Positions 18,516 through 28,342 are shown, counted from the first letter of the stretch. The stretch is DNA of 64,000 bases from an uncultured bacterium (GCA_964624625.1 CAZUXW010000005.1:4681-68680), one strand, 5' to 3'. Notes: a model not told the origin generated them from the letters alone. Numbers and translations are program-made.

Positions 18516-19820
18516 GTGACTTTCCAAAAGTGGATGGCCCTCATCGTTATCGCCCTCATCGGCGCCTGTGTATACGGCGTCTACCCCCCGGATAAAAAAC
18601 TGAAGATGGGCTTGGATATCAAGGGCGGGCTCCAAATGAACCTGGAAGTCGACTTGGATAAGCTCCAAGGCAAGACCGAGAAGGAGATCTCCGACGCCGC
18701 CGACCGGGCCTTGGAAATCCTCCGCAACCGCGTGGACGGCTTAGGAATCAGCGAGCCTGTCCTGCAGCGGGAAGGGGCCTACGGCATCGTCATCCAACTT
18801 CCCGGCTTGACGGAAGTCAAAAGGGCCAGGGACATCATCCTCTCCACCGCCCAGCTGGAATTCCGCATGGTTTCCACCAGCTACCACTTGACCGATTACA
18901 TGGATAAAGACAACAAGGTCGACACCTCCAAGCTTCCCGCCGACATCACTTATTTCCCCGGCAAGGAAAAGAGCGAGTATCTTTGCGAAAAAGTGCTCTT
19001 GACCGGAGAGTCCCTGGTGGACGCCCAGGTTGAAACCGACAGTTACGGTCGCCCCATGGTTGGATTCAAGCTGAACGCCGAGGGCGGAAAAAGGTTCGGC
19101 ATCATCACCGGGGACAATATCGGCCGCAACCTGGCGATTATTCTGGACTCCAAGGTCTATTCGGCCCCGACGATCCAAGGACGCATCCCGGGCGGGTCCG
19201 GCGTCATCACGGGGAGCTTCAGCGACGAGGAAGCCAGGGACTTGGCGCTGGTCCTAAGGGCGGGAGCCTTGCCGGCCCCCTTGAAGGTCACCAGCCAATT
19301 CGTGGTGGGCCCCACCTTGGGCGCCGATTCGGTCCGCAAGGGAACCGTCGCCGCGGCTTACGGCCTCCTGCTGGTCCTGCTTTTCATGGCCATTTACTAC
19401 CGGGTTTCCGGCATCATCGCCAACCTGGGCCTGCTGGTGAACATGATCTTCCTTTTGGGAATGCTCGCCTACCTTAAGGTGACCGTGACCCTTCCCGGCA
19501 TCGCTGGCATCATCCTGACGCTCGGATTGTCCGTGGATTCCAACGTTCTGATCTTCGAGAGAATCAGGGAAGAACTCAAGATCGGCAAGACCGTCCGGGC
19601 CGCGATTGAGGCCGGCTACCGCCGGGCCTTGGTGGCCATCATTGATACCCATGTGACGACGCTCATCTCGGCGGCGGTCCTTTTCCAATTCGGCACAGGC
19701 CCCATCAAGGGCTTCGCGGTCAACCTGAGCTTGGGCGTGGCCTTGAGCTTGTTCACCGCCGTGGTAATTACGAAGATGATTTTTGACGCCCGCAAGGAAT
19801 ACCAAGGTTTAAGTATTTAA
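18516..19820 (+). CDS. secD: Protein translocase subunit SecD
   Basis: N-terminal TM helix followed by LGLDIKGG. C-terminal TM bundle typical of SecD. Followed by secF. Confidence 0.85.
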   Translation: MTFQKWMALIVIALIGACVYGVYPPDKKLKMGLDIKGGLQMNLEVDLDKLQGKTEKEISDAADRALEILRNRVDGLGISEPVLQREGAYGIVIQLPGLTEVKRARDIILSTAQLEFRMVSTSYHLTDYMDKDNKVDTSKLPADITYFPGKEKSEYLCEKVLLTGESLVDAQVETDSYGRPMVGFKLNAEGGKRFGIITGDNIGRNLAIILDSKVYSAPTIQGRIPGGSGVITGSFSDEEARDLALVLRAGALPAPLKVTSQFVVGPTLGADSVRKGTVAAAYGLLLVLLFMAIYYRVSGIIANLGLLVNMIFLLGMLAYLKVTVTLPGIAGIILTLGLSVDSNVLIFERIREELKIGKTVRAAIEAGYRRALVAIIDTHVTTLISAAVLFQFGTGPIKGFAVNLSLGVALSLFTAVVITKMIFDARKEYQGLSI

Positions 19821-19964
19821 CCGGAGGTTAAATGCTTAAACCCAATGAATAATTGGCAATTAGGAATTAGTAATTTTGGAATTTTTTCAACCGGGTCCCG
19901 GTTGAAAAACATACGGTCACTGCGGACTTCGAACGGCGGACTACGAACTTTTAAGGGGTTGAAC

Positions 19965-20900
19965 ATGTTTCGTTGGTTTAATGAGCCCAAAATAGATTTC
20001 ATGAAGCCCCGCCGGTTTTTCCTGGCGCTGTCGGCCCTTGGTTGCCTGGCGGGCCTCTATGCCTGCGTGCTGTTGTGGCAGGGCAAGGCCAAGTTGGGAA
20101 CGGATTTCGGCGCCGGCGTGATGCTCCGCATGTCATCCTCCACGGACGTGGGGATTGATAAAATCCGCGAAACCCTCAAGCAGGAGGGCTTTCCCGAGGC
20201 CGTTATCCAAGAGGTCAAGGACGACAACGGCAAGGGCTTCAACTTAGTCATCAAGATCAAGCATGACCCCTCCAAGGCTGTCGGAAGCATCGGGGACGAG
20301 GTTTTAGCCGCTTTCACCAAGAATTTCGCCGACGCCAAATTCAAACTGGAAGGCAGCGACGAGGTGGGGCCCGCCGTTTCCCAGAAACTCAGGGACGACG
20401 CTTTTAAGGCCTTCATCATCGCCATGATCGGCATTCTGCTTTATATCGCCTTCCGCTTCGATTTCCGCTTCGGCGTGGCGGCGATTATTACCACCGTCCA
20501 TGACATCCTGGTCATTGTGGGTATCGTGATTTTAACCGGGAGGGAATTCAACCTCCTTCAGGTGACGGCGCTGCTGACCTTGGCCGGTTATTCCCTGAAT
20601 GACACGGTCGTGACCTTCGACCGGATCCGTGAGAACCTGAAATTCCTCCTGAAGGACCAAACCTACACGGGCCTCATCAATTTAAGCGTCAATGAGACTT
20701 TGAGCCGGACCATCAACACCAGCGGCACGGTCTTTTTGACCCTCCTGCCCCTCTGCGTGATGGGCGGGGATACCCTGAAGGATTTCGCCTTTACCCTTTT
20801 GCTGGGCGTGGTGGTGGGAACCTATTCCTCCATTTTCGTGGCCAGCCCCATCCTGGTGGAGTGGAACCTGATGTCGGGTCCCAAAAGCCAGAACAAATAA
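19965..20900 (+). CDS. secF: Protein translocase subunit SecF
   Basis: FDFRFGVAAIITTVHDILVIVGIVILTGREFNLLQVTALLTLAGYSLNDTVVTFDRIRE, a hallmark of SecF. ATG at 19965 with AAGGGG RBS. Confidence 0.85.
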   Translation: MFRWFNEPKIDFMKPRRFFLALSALGCLAGLYACVLLWQGKAKLGTDFGAGVMLRMSSSTDVGIDKIRETLKQEGFPEAVIQEVKDDNGKGFNLVIKIKHDPSKAVGSIGDEVLAAFTKNFADAKFKLEGSDEVGPAVSQKLRDDAFKAFIIAMIGILLYIAFRFDFRFGVAAIITTVHDILVIVGIVILTGREFNLLQVTALLTLAGYSLNDTVVTFDRIRENLKFLLKDQTYTGLINLSVNETLSRTINTSGTVFLTLLPLCVMGGDTLKDFAFTLLLGVVVGTYSSIFVASPILVEWNLMSGPKSQNK

Positions 20901-20945
20901 TCAATCCGTCTTTAAATTCTCCCTTGTTTACCGGACAATAACTCC

Positions 20946-21638
20946 ATGTCCCAATCCCATCAAATCGCCGAATCCGTTCAAGAGGTCCGGGGCCGGATCG
21001 GCGAAGCCGCGGTTCGATCCCATCGAAAGCCGGAAGACGTAAGCCTTCTGGTTGTCACTAAAACCTTGCCGGTTCAAACGCTCCAAACAGCTTATGACGC
21101 CGGTTTGCGGGATTTTGGGGAAAACCGGGTCCAGGAAGCCCTGGAAAAAATGGCAACACTTCCATTTGATATTCGCTGGCATCTGATCGGCCAGCTTCAA
21201 ACCAATAAAATCAATAAAGCGCTTGGAAGGTTCACCCTGATTCATTCCATCGATTCGCTTCATCTGGCCGGGGCATTGTCGTCGAGGATCAAGGGGGAGG
21301 ATCAGGACGTCCTTTTGGAGGTCAACACCTCCGGCGAAGACAGCAAGTCGGGAATGGTTCCCCAGGAAGCGGTACCGGCGGCGGAAACCATGTCCAAGCT
21401 TCCCGGTCTTCGGTTAAGGGGTTTGATGACGGTGGGTCCCTTGACGGAGGACGTCCAAAAACAGCGAGAATCTTTCAAAAAACTCAAGGGTTTGTTCGAG
21501 GACATCCGCCGGAGAGGATGGGCCGGCCAGGATTTTTCAATCCTCTCGATGGGAATGAGCGGGGATTTCGAGGCCGCCATCGAGGAAGGGTCGACTCTGG
21601 TCCGGGTGGGGACCGCGATCTTCGGTCCAAGGCCTTGA
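20946..21638 (+). CDS. yggS: YggS family pyridoxal-phosphate homeostasis protein
   Basis: PLP-binding-barrel motifs (LLVVTKT..., HLIGQLQTNK). Conserved yggS-proC-yggT neighbourhood. Confidence 0.8.
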   Translation: MSQSHQIAESVQEVRGRIGEAAVRSHRKPEDVSLLVVTKTLPVQTLQTAYDAGLRDFGENRVQEALEKMATLPFDIRWHLIGQLQTNKINKALGRFTLIHSIDSLHLAGALSSRIKGEDQDVLLEVNTSGEDSKSGMVPQEAVPAAETMSKLPGLRLRGLMTVGPLTEDVQKQRESFKKLKGLFEDIRRRGWAGQDFSILSMGMSGDFEAAIEEGSTLVRVGTAIFGPRP

Positions 21639-21700
21639 AAAAAGGTTTCAGAACAACCCCTTCCCCCTTAAAATAAACGGACTTCGGAAAGGGAACTGGC

Positions 21701-22522
21701 ATGAAAGTAAAACAAAAAACCGTCATTTTCGGCATCGGCGCCATGGGAGGCGCCCTGGTCAAGGGCTGGATCTCCTCCAAAATGATTCCGCCTTCCAACA
21801 TTACCGCCGTGGACCTGGATCTTGAAAAATGCAAAAAGATGGCCAAGCAGTACAAAATTAAAACGACCGCTGAACCAACCAAAGCCCTCAAGGGCGCCGG
21901 CCTCATCCTTTTAGCCGTAAAGCCCCAGCAAATGACCGAACTCCTCATGGGAGCCGGGGCTTTATTCCCGAAAAATGCCCTCGTGGTTTCCATCGCGGCA
22001 GGCGTCTCAACGGCCCAAATTGAAAAAAATCTTCCCCAGGGATGTCCCGTGGTCCGGGTGATGCCCAATACCCCGGCCCTATTGGGAGCCGGCATGGCGG
22101 CGGTGGCGCCGGGGGGGCGGGCGAAAAATCCCCACGTGAAATTGGTTTTATCCCTCTTCGCGGCGGTGGGGAAATCGGTCCAGGTGACGGAGGGTCAAAT
22201 GGATATGGTGACGGCCGTATCAGGCAGCGGCCCCGCCTACATCTTCCATATGATTGAGGCCATGAACGAGGCGGCGGTAAAGGGCGGGTTGGAGCCTAAG
22301 ATCGCCCAAGAGTTGGTCGCCCAGACCGTTTATGGCGCCGCCCGGATGGTTTTAGAAACCGGCAAGAGCCCCGAGGAATTGCGGGTTCAAGTCACATCCC
22401 CCGGCGGTACGACCCAAGCCGCCTTGGCCATGATGGCCGAAAAGGGCTTTAGGGAAACCATCCAAGCCGCCATTGAGGCGGCGGCCAGGCGAAGCGTCGA
22501 ATTAAGGGAAGGGAAGAAATAA
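21701..22522 (+). CDS. proC: Pyrroline-5-carboxylate reductase
   Basis: IFGIGAMGGALVKGW Rossmann motif. PNTPALLGAGM and SGSGPAYIF motifs. Confidence 0.85.
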   Translation: MKVKQKTVIFGIGAMGGALVKGWISSKMIPPSNITAVDLDLEKCKKMAKQYKIKTTAEPTKALKGAGLILLAVKPQQMTELLMGAGALFPKNALVVSIAAGVSTAQIEKNLPQGCPVVRVMPNTPALLGAGMAAVAPGGRAKNPHVKLVLSLFAAVGKSVQVTEGQMDMVTAVSGSGPAYIFHMIEAMNEAAVKGGLEPKIAQELVAQTVYGAARMVLETGKSPEELRVQVTSPGGTTQAALAMMAEKGFRETIQAAIEAAARRSVELREGKK

Positions 22523-22523
22523 A

Positions 22524-22817
22524 ATGGGCTTCTTCATCACGGATATGGCTTATCTCCTGGCGCTGTTGTTGAACCTGGCGGCTTTTCTCCTTTTCGCGGA
22601 ATGGCTGGTTCATTCCCTGCCCGGCGCCGGGCTCAACGGGATCCGTAAATTATTGTTTGAGGCTTCTTTTCCTTTATTGAGGTGGAGCGATTCATTTTTA
22701 TCCGTTACGGGCCGGGCATTTCATTCCAGGGGGCTCTTGACCGGGCTTTTGTTGTTAATGATTGAGCATTACGCCGTGCCTTGGCTGGTCATCCTAAGCT
22801 ACTCCCTGCGGGGTTGA
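22524..22817 (+). CDS. yggT: YggT family membrane protein
   Basis: 97 aa, two hydrophobic helices. Position right after proC as in the conserved ylmG/yggT cluster. Confidence 0.6.
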   Translation: MGFFITDMAYLLALLLNLAAFLLFAEWLVHSLPGAGLNGIRKLLFEASFPLLRWSDSFLSVTGRAFHSRGLLTGLLLLMIEHYAVPWLVILSYSLRG

Positions 22818-22821
22818 TTTC

Positions 22822-23142
22822 GTGGGGCCCCTGGAAATTAAGGAATCCCTTGAGGGATGCTCCTTTGCCTTGAGGGTCGCCCCCCGGTCCCAGAGGAATG
22901 AGGCGGTTGGAATCGAAAATGGGGTTTTGAAATTAAGGATCCAAGCCCCGCCGGCGGAAGGCGCCGCCAATGAGGCGGTTATAGCCTTCCTGGCGGGCCT
23001 CGTAAAGAGGCCGAAAAGCTCGATCAAGGTTTTCCGCGGATTAAAGTCCCGGAACAAAGCGGTCAGGATCCAAGGCATCAAGGCGCTGGAATTAAAAAAA
23101 CTGTTTGAAAATAACATGTCCAAAGGGGAAAACCATGGCTGA
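22822..23142 (+). CDS. DUF167 (YggU-like) protein
   Basis: LKLRIQAPPAEGAANEAVIAFLAGLV...KSRNKAVRI matches the DUF167 pattern (V..APP.DGKAN..L..FLA). GTG start. Confidence 0.55.
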   Translation: MGPLEIKESLEGCSFALRVAPRSQRNEAVGIENGVLKLRIQAPPAEGAANEAVIAFLAGLVKRPKSSIKVFRGLKSRNKAVRIQGIKALELKKLFENNMSKGENHG

Positions 23143-23962
23143 ATTATTTGACCAGATCCAGGAATCGGCAAAGGAGATCCGCAAATCGGCTCCAGCCGCC
23201 CCGAAGGTGGGGATTATTCTGGGAACGGGACTGGGAGCATTGGCCCACGAAATCAAGGATCAGACCGTCATCCCCTACGGCAAAATACCCCATTTCCCCC
23301 TCTCCACGGTGGAGTCGCACGCCGGGGAGCTGGTGTTTGGCAAGCTGGGAAACACCCCTGTCGTGGCCATGAAAGGCCGCTTTCACAGGTACGAGGGCTA
23401 TACGCTTCAACAGGTGACCTTCCCGGTGAGGGTCATGAAGGCTCTGGGGATACAATATTTATTGGTATCCAACGCCTGCGGCGGGATGAACCGCGCCTAT
23501 AACCCGGGCGATTTAATGATCATCGAGGACCATGTGAACCTGATGGGGGACAACCCCTTAATCGGGAAAAATGATGACCGTTTGGGGCCCCGCTGGCCCG
23601 ATATGGTCGAGCCCTATTCCAGGGAACTGATCGCCTTGGCCGAAAAGATCGCTTGGGAAAAGCGGATCGCCGTGCAAAAGGGGGTCTATGTGGCTGTGAC
23701 GGGGCCGAATTTGGAAACGAGGGCCGAGTACCGGTGGCTTTCCACCTTCGCCGACGTGGTGGGCATGTCCACCGTGCCGGAGGTGGTGGTGGCGGTTCAC
23801 GAGGGCCTCAAGGTTTTAGGGATATCGGTGGTCACGGACAAGTGCGTGGCGGACCTGCTGGAGCCGGCGGACATTCAAAAAATCATCAAGCACGCCCAGG
23901 AAGCCGAGCCTAAATTGACCATCCTGATGAAGGAAGTCGCCATGGCCCTGGAGAAAAAATAA
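23135..23962 (+). CDS. Purine nucleoside phosphorylase / 5'-methylthioadenosine phosphorylase family (PNP/MTAP type)
   Basis: GIILGTGLG phosphate-binding loop, VVAMKGRFHRYEGY, SNACGGMN. Adjacent to mtnA, suggesting methionine salvage. Confidence 0.8.
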   Translation: MAELFDQIQESAKEIRKSAPAAPKVGIILGTGLGALAHEIKDQTVIPYGKIPHFPLSTVESHAGELVFGKLGNTPVVAMKGRFHRYEGYTLQQVTFPVRVMKALGIQYLLVSNACGGMNRAYNPGDLMIIEDHVNLMGDNPLIGKNDDRLGPRWPDMVEPYSRELIALAEKIAWEKRIAVQKGVYVAVTGPNLETRAEYRWLSTFADVVGMSTVPEVVVAVHEGLKVLGISVVTDKCVADLLEPADIQKIIKHAQEAEPKLTILMKEVAMALEKK

Positions 23963-23965
23963 AAG

Positions 23966-25027
23966 ATGACACCGAAATTAAGGCCGATCCTGTGGAAAAA
24001 AAATCAGCTCCTCCTTTTGGAGCAAAGGCTCCTGCCGTTTAAGGAAATTTGGGTCCGCTGCGACACGGTGGAAAAGGTGGCCAAAGCCATCGAGGAGATG
24101 ACCGTCCGGGGTGCCCCCGCCATCGGGATCACGGCGGCCTACGGCGTGGCCCTGGCGGCGGTAAAATCCCGAGCGAAAAACCCCGAGGCTTTTGCCCGCG
24201 AGGTTGGGAAGGCGATTATCCGGCTTCGGAAAACCAGGCCCACCGCCGTCAACCTTTTTTGGGCCCTGGACCGGATGGGGGACCACCTCCGATCCATGGA
24301 AGGCCTGCCGGTACTTGAGCAAAAAAAACTCATGGAAAAAGAAGCGGTCCAGATCCATTTGGATGACGAGGCCCTTTGTTCCAGGCTGGGTTACTTTGGC
24401 TCCCAACTTTTGAAAAATTGCCGCAATGTCCTAACCCATTGCAACACGGGAGCCCTGGCCACGGGTGGGGACGGTACGGCCCTGGCCGCAATTACGGAAG
24501 CGGCCAAGCGCAACCAGAAGCTTCACGTCTGGGTAGACGAGACGCGGCCCTACCTCCAGGGAGCCCGCTTGACCGCCTATGAGGTGGCCCATGCGGGCAT
24601 TGATTTCCACCTGATCACGGACAATATGTCAGCCTCATTGATGAAACTGGGAAAAGTGGACGCCGTCATCGTGGGAGCGGACCGGATCGTGGCCAATGGG
24701 GACACGGCGAATAAAATCGGCACCTACGCCTTGGCGGTCTTGGCCAAGTCACACCATATTCCATTTTACGTTTCGGCACCCACGACGACCCTTGATTTGA
24801 CCATGAAAACAGGCGGGGAAATCGTCATCGAACAGCGAAATTCAAGGGAAGTGACCCATCCCCAGGGAATTGCCATTGCCAAAGCCGACTATCCGGTGTA
24901 TAACCCCGCCTTCGATGTGACTCCGGGGTCCTTGATTACCGCGATCATCATGGAAACAGGCGTTTGCCGTCCGCCCTATGGGCGGTCGCTTAAGGCGGCT
25001 TTGGCCGCCGGGCATTACTCGCGATGA
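23966..25027 (+). CDS. mtnA: S-methyl-5-thioribose-1-phosphate isomerase
   Basis: eIF-2B/MtnA family motifs: RGAPAIGITAAYGVALA, THCNTGALAT, VIVGADRIVANGDTANKIGTY. Confidence 0.8.
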   Translation: MTPKLRPILWKKNQLLLLEQRLLPFKEIWVRCDTVEKVAKAIEEMTVRGAPAIGITAAYGVALAAVKSRAKNPEAFAREVGKAIIRLRKTRPTAVNLFWALDRMGDHLRSMEGLPVLEQKKLMEKEAVQIHLDDEALCSRLGYFGSQLLKNCRNVLTHCNTGALATGGDGTALAAITEAAKRNQKLHVWVDETRPYLQGARLTAYEVAHAGIDFHLITDNMSASLMKLGKVDAVIVGADRIVANGDTANKIGTYALAVLAKSHHIPFYVSAPTTTLDLTMKTGGEIVIEQRNSREVTHPQGIAIAKADYPVYNPAFDVTPGSLITAIIMETGVCRPPYGRSLKAALAAGHYSR

Positions 25028-25434
25028 GCCAGGAAACAACCCTCTTCGAGGATGACCGCTATTGCCTTTGTTGCGGGGAAAAGAACCCCCTGGGCTTCAA
25101 GATGAGGTTTCGCTTTGAGGAAGGGAAGATTTTATCGGAAACGGTCATCCCGAAGGAGTACCAGGGTTTCGCCGGGGTGGTCCATGGAGGGATCCTGGGA
25201 ACACTGTTGGACGAGGTGATGGTCAACCTCTATTGGCTGAGGGGTGAAAAGGCAGTAACGGCCGAATATCAAGTCAGGCTCAAGGCCCCCTGTCCGGTGG
25301 ATCAAAAGGTCTTCTTGTCGGCTTGGCGCACGGAGTCGAAAGGCAAACTTCATCTCACCGCGGCGGAAGCCAGGTTGGGGGATGGAACGGTCGTGGCTGA
25401 GGCCACGGCTAAGTGCATGAAGATAAAATCGTAA
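25024..25434 (+). CDS. Hotdog-fold acyl-CoA thioesterase (PaaI/YbgC-like)
   Basis: GVVHGGILGTLLDEVM motif of PaaI-type thioesterases. CxxC N-terminal pair. Confidence 0.7.
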   Translation: MSQETTLFEDDRYCLCCGEKNPLGFKMRFRFEEGKILSETVIPKEYQGFAGVVHGGILGTLLDEVMVNLYWLRGEKAVTAEYQVRLKAPCPVDQKVFLSAWRTESKGKLHLTAAEARLGDGTVVAEATAKCMKIKS

Positions 25435-25520
25435 TGCTGTTGCGGTAAACGGGTTTCCTGTTAAACTGTGGTGCGAAAAGAGGCCGTTGACGGCCCAATT
25501 CTTATTTGGAGGATTTTCGA

Positions 25521-25625
25521 ATGCCTTGTGGTAGAAAACGCCATCGTCAAAAGATTAAAACCCATAAGCGTAAAAAGCACCGTAAAAAGATGCGGGCCTT
25601 GCTGCGGCGGCAAGGCAGGCTCTAA
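25521..25625 (+). CDS. Unannotated 34-aa extremely basic peptide (MPCGRKRHRQKIKTHKRKKHRKKMRALLRRQGRL); possibly a bS22-like (AURKAIP1/mS38 DUF1713-type) ribosomal protein
   Basis: Strong GGAGG SD 8 nt upstream of the ATG. 19 of 34 residues are K/R/H. Sits in an otherwise gene-free 190-nt gap, too short for the ORF track. Composition resembles mycobacterial bS22. Confidence 0.4.
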   Translation: MPCGRKRHRQKIKTHKRKKHRKKMRALLRRQGRL

Positions 25626-25631
25626 GCTGAC

Positions 25632-27785
25632 TTGGCGCTGGTGAGCCCGGTTTCCTGGTTTTCAAACCAAAAAGCCCTTAAGTGGCTCGCCCTTAGCGTC
25701 ATTGCGGCAGGGTTGCTCCTAGCCGGAAGCGGTATCTGCATAAACCATCCAATCGAAAATACCGGTTGGATGGTTTTTTCTTGGTTGCTAACCTTCCTTT
25801 GGTTTTTCCTCTTAATCCGCTTCAAAATTTTATCAGGCCCGAACCGCGTTTTTTTCCTGTTGGGAACCATTGTCGCGCTCAATTTGCTGGCACAAAGCAC
25901 GGGCCGGGAACAATCGCCCCTTGTTTTGGCGGTTTTTTTACTGATGGGGATCGCTTCCTGGGAAGGGGACGCCAAATATGGTTTTTGGGTGGCGATTCTA
26001 TTCAGCCTATTAGAGGCCTTCTATCCCCAGGAAGATTACTCCCTCCAAAGGCATTCCAACCTGGTGCTTTACCTGCGGTGGGCCACTTTCCTGGTCTCGG
26101 CCTTTTTTTTAGCCAGGGTGGTCAAAACGCGGAAAGAAAAAGAACAATTGGACCATCATTTGGAATCCCTCAAAAACGAGGCGGTCCAGCTGGCCAGCGA
26201 CGCCGAACCTTCCTCTTTCAACGTGCCCAAGGACAAGCTTTTAATGGAGGAGGGCCGCCTCTCGGCGCGAATGGGAACCGTGATGGAATTGGAAGAGTCC
26301 CTGACCCGCCAATTGACCCTTTTCCAGAAAACCCTTCCGGTCCATACAGCGGTGTTTTTCCTGCTGACCACCGTGGGCGAAAAGAAGGCGCTGCGCCTCA
26401 GGGCTTTCTCCAGCGAATCCGATTCGGTGGCTTCTGACGTGACGATCCTGCCGGGCGAAACCCTCATCGGCCTGGCCGCCAAGGAAGGACGCAAGGTACT
26501 GTTGAACCAGATGCCGGTGGAAAGCGCCAAAGCCCTTCCTTATTACTTGAAACCCAGTACGGTCGGTTCCTTCCTGGCTTATCCCATTTACCTGGACCAA
26601 GCCCAATCCGACCCTCGGTTGGGGGGCGAGTCGGAACTGGTAGGCGTCCTGGTCTTGGACCATCCGGGGGAGGAATATTTTAGCGAGCCCAAAATCGGTT
26701 TGGTGGAGCGGTTTGGGAAATTGTTGGCGGATACGATCCACGGCGCCAGGGTGATGCATTTCTCAAAGACGAAAACTAGGAATTTACACGCCCTCTACGA
26801 GGTCTCCCACTCATTTTCCACCTTGCTGGAGATGGGTCCGGTTTTGGAAACGGCCTTGAAGACGGCCAAGGAAATATCCCCCTGTGATTCGGCCTATATT
26901 GCCCTGGTGGAAGGGGACGGGAAGAAGTTCCGCATCATCGGCAGGTGGGACAAAGTCGCGGCCAGGGAAAAAGCCGATTTCTTGGAGGATGATTTGGCCG
27001 CCTGGGTGCTGGAAAACAAAAGACCCATCAGGTATACGAGGGGCCAGAAGGATAAAAGCCTCCTGGCTTTTTCGAAAAAGGAGGGCATGCTGGGTTCGAC
27101 CCAATCCTTTCTTTTGACGCCACTGCTGGTAGGGGAGGATGTTTTGGGGGTCATCCGGCTCAACAGCCAAACGCAGGATGCCTACCAGGAATACGACCAA
27201 GATGTCTTGATGACCCTGGGCAACCAAACAGCGATGGCCTTGAAGAACGCTTGGAATGTGCAGGACATCCAGGACATGGCGACCCGCGATGGGTTGACCG
27301 GCGTTTATAACCACAGGTATTTCCAGGAAAAACTTGGGGAGGAATTGGCCAAGGCGGAGCGTTACAACAAGGATCTAAGCCTGGCGCTGCTGGACGTGGA
27401 TCATTTTAAAAAGTTCAACGATAGCTACGGGCACCAAGAAGGCGATAAGGTCCTTAAAATTGTTTCCCAGATCATCCAAAATACCATAAGAAATAAAGTC
27501 GACACCGTGGCCCGATATGGGGGAGAGGAATTCGCCATCGTCCTCCCGGAGGCCGACGGCAATGTCGGGAGGGAACTGGCGGACCGGGTCCGAAAAAACA
27601 TCGAGAGCCATCTTTTCGAGAATAACGGAAAGACCCTCTATCGAGTGACGGTTTCCATCGGTGTTGCTTCCTATCCCTTTGATGCCAGGGAACAAAAGAG
27701 TTTGATTCAATTGGCCGATAAGGCCCTCTACCAATGTAAAGCGGACGGACGAAACTGTGTCCGAAAGTTTACGGCGCAGGATTAA
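25632..27785 (+). CDS. Membrane-anchored sensor diguanylate cyclase (N-terminal multi-TM domain, two GAF-like domains, C-terminal GGDEF)
   Basis: About 5 hydrophobic helices in the first 170 aa. C-terminal RDGLTGVYNHRYF...LDVDHFKKFNDSYGHQEGD...RYGGEEFAIVLPE is a GGDEF active site. Confidence 0.8.
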   Translation: MALVSPVSWFSNQKALKWLALSVIAAGLLLAGSGICINHPIENTGWMVFSWLLTFLWFFLLIRFKILSGPNRVFFLLGTIVALNLLAQSTGREQSPLVLAVFLLMGIASWEGDAKYGFWVAILFSLLEAFYPQEDYSLQRHSNLVLYLRWATFLVSAFFLARVVKTRKEKEQLDHHLESLKNEAVQLASDAEPSSFNVPKDKLLMEEGRLSARMGTVMELEESLTRQLTLFQKTLPVHTAVFFLLTTVGEKKALRLRAFSSESDSVASDVTILPGETLIGLAAKEGRKVLLNQMPVESAKALPYYLKPSTVGSFLAYPIYLDQAQSDPRLGGESELVGVLVLDHPGEEYFSEPKIGLVERFGKLLADTIHGARVMHFSKTKTRNLHALYEVSHSFSTLLEMGPVLETALKTAKEISPCDSAYIALVEGDGKKFRIIGRWDKVAAREKADFLEDDLAAWVLENKRPIRYTRGQKDKSLLAFSKKEGMLGSTQSFLLTPLLVGEDVLGVIRLNSQTQDAYQEYDQDVLMTLGNQTAMALKNAWNVQDIQDMATRDGLTGVYNHRYFQEKLGEELAKAERYNKDLSLALLDVDHFKKFNDSYGHQEGDKVLKIVSQIIQNTIRNKVDTVARYGGEEFAIVLPEADGNVGRELADRVRKNIESHLFENNGKTLYRVTVSIGVASYPFDAREQKSLIQLADKALYQCKADGRNCVRKFTAQD

Positions 27786-27941
27786 CGGTAAAAGTCGGCA
27801 ATTCCCGTGAAAAAAGAGGGGGAGCCCCATATGTGGTAGGGTTGGGTTAGGCCCTACCAAAAAGTGTGGCCCTGATCAAAAAAATAGATGGAACCACCGA
27901 AGTCATTCATTCTTTCTTTCCTAAATTTTCATTCTTCTTAC

Positions 27942-27956
27942 AATGACACTGTCATT
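27942..27956. promoter_or_regulatory. Perfect 15-bp palindrome AATGACAcTGTCATT upstream of the MerR-like gene (candidate operator)
   Basis: Read directly at 27942-27956. Same half-site (TGTCAT/ATGACA) as the palindrome in the flgB promoter. Confidence 0.45.
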
Positions 27957-27999
27957 GAGCTTAGCGGGGTATTGTCAACCTCCTGTTAAAAGGAATGAA

Positions 28000-28260
28000 A
28001 TGATCCTGACGATAAGAGAAATCGCGACAAAGCTTGGTGTCCATGAGCAAACCCTCCGCAACTGGGAACGCCTAGGTTTATTAAAGATTTCACGCTTTGG
28101 CGGAAATCGAACCCGTATTTACAACGAAAAAGACCTCCTGCTTTGCAAAAAAATAGCGAGCTTTTCCGGCCAGGGAATCAACCTGCGCGGAATAAAGGTC
28201 TTGCTTGCTCGTGAAAAAAATGAAAAACCGAAGTTGGTTGGAGCGAATCACCGACATTAA
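28000..28260 (+). CDS. Small MerR-family HTH transcriptional regulator (DNA-binding domain only)
   Basis: MILTIREIATKLGVHEQTLRNWERLGLL...RTRIYNEKDLLL matches the MerR N-terminal HTH. AAGGAATGAA RBS. Located immediately upstream of the flagellar operon. Confidence 0.65.
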   Translation: MILTIREIATKLGVHEQTLRNWERLGLLKISRFGGNRTRIYNEKDLLLCKKIASFSGQGINLRGIKVLLAREKNEKPKLVGANHRH

Positions 28261-28342
28261 AGTTTGAAAACCGTGTCAAGAATTAAACGAAGGAGGTGGC
28301 CGTAAAGACCAGGAAAATGAAGGGTTTTTGAGAGGTTAGTTC

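Noticed and set aside
27786-27870. Hairpin GGTAGGG-ttgggttag-GCCCTACC after the GGDEF gene as a terminator
   Set aside because: Followed by an A-run rather than a T-run on the + strand. No minus-strand gene for which it would be a terminator.
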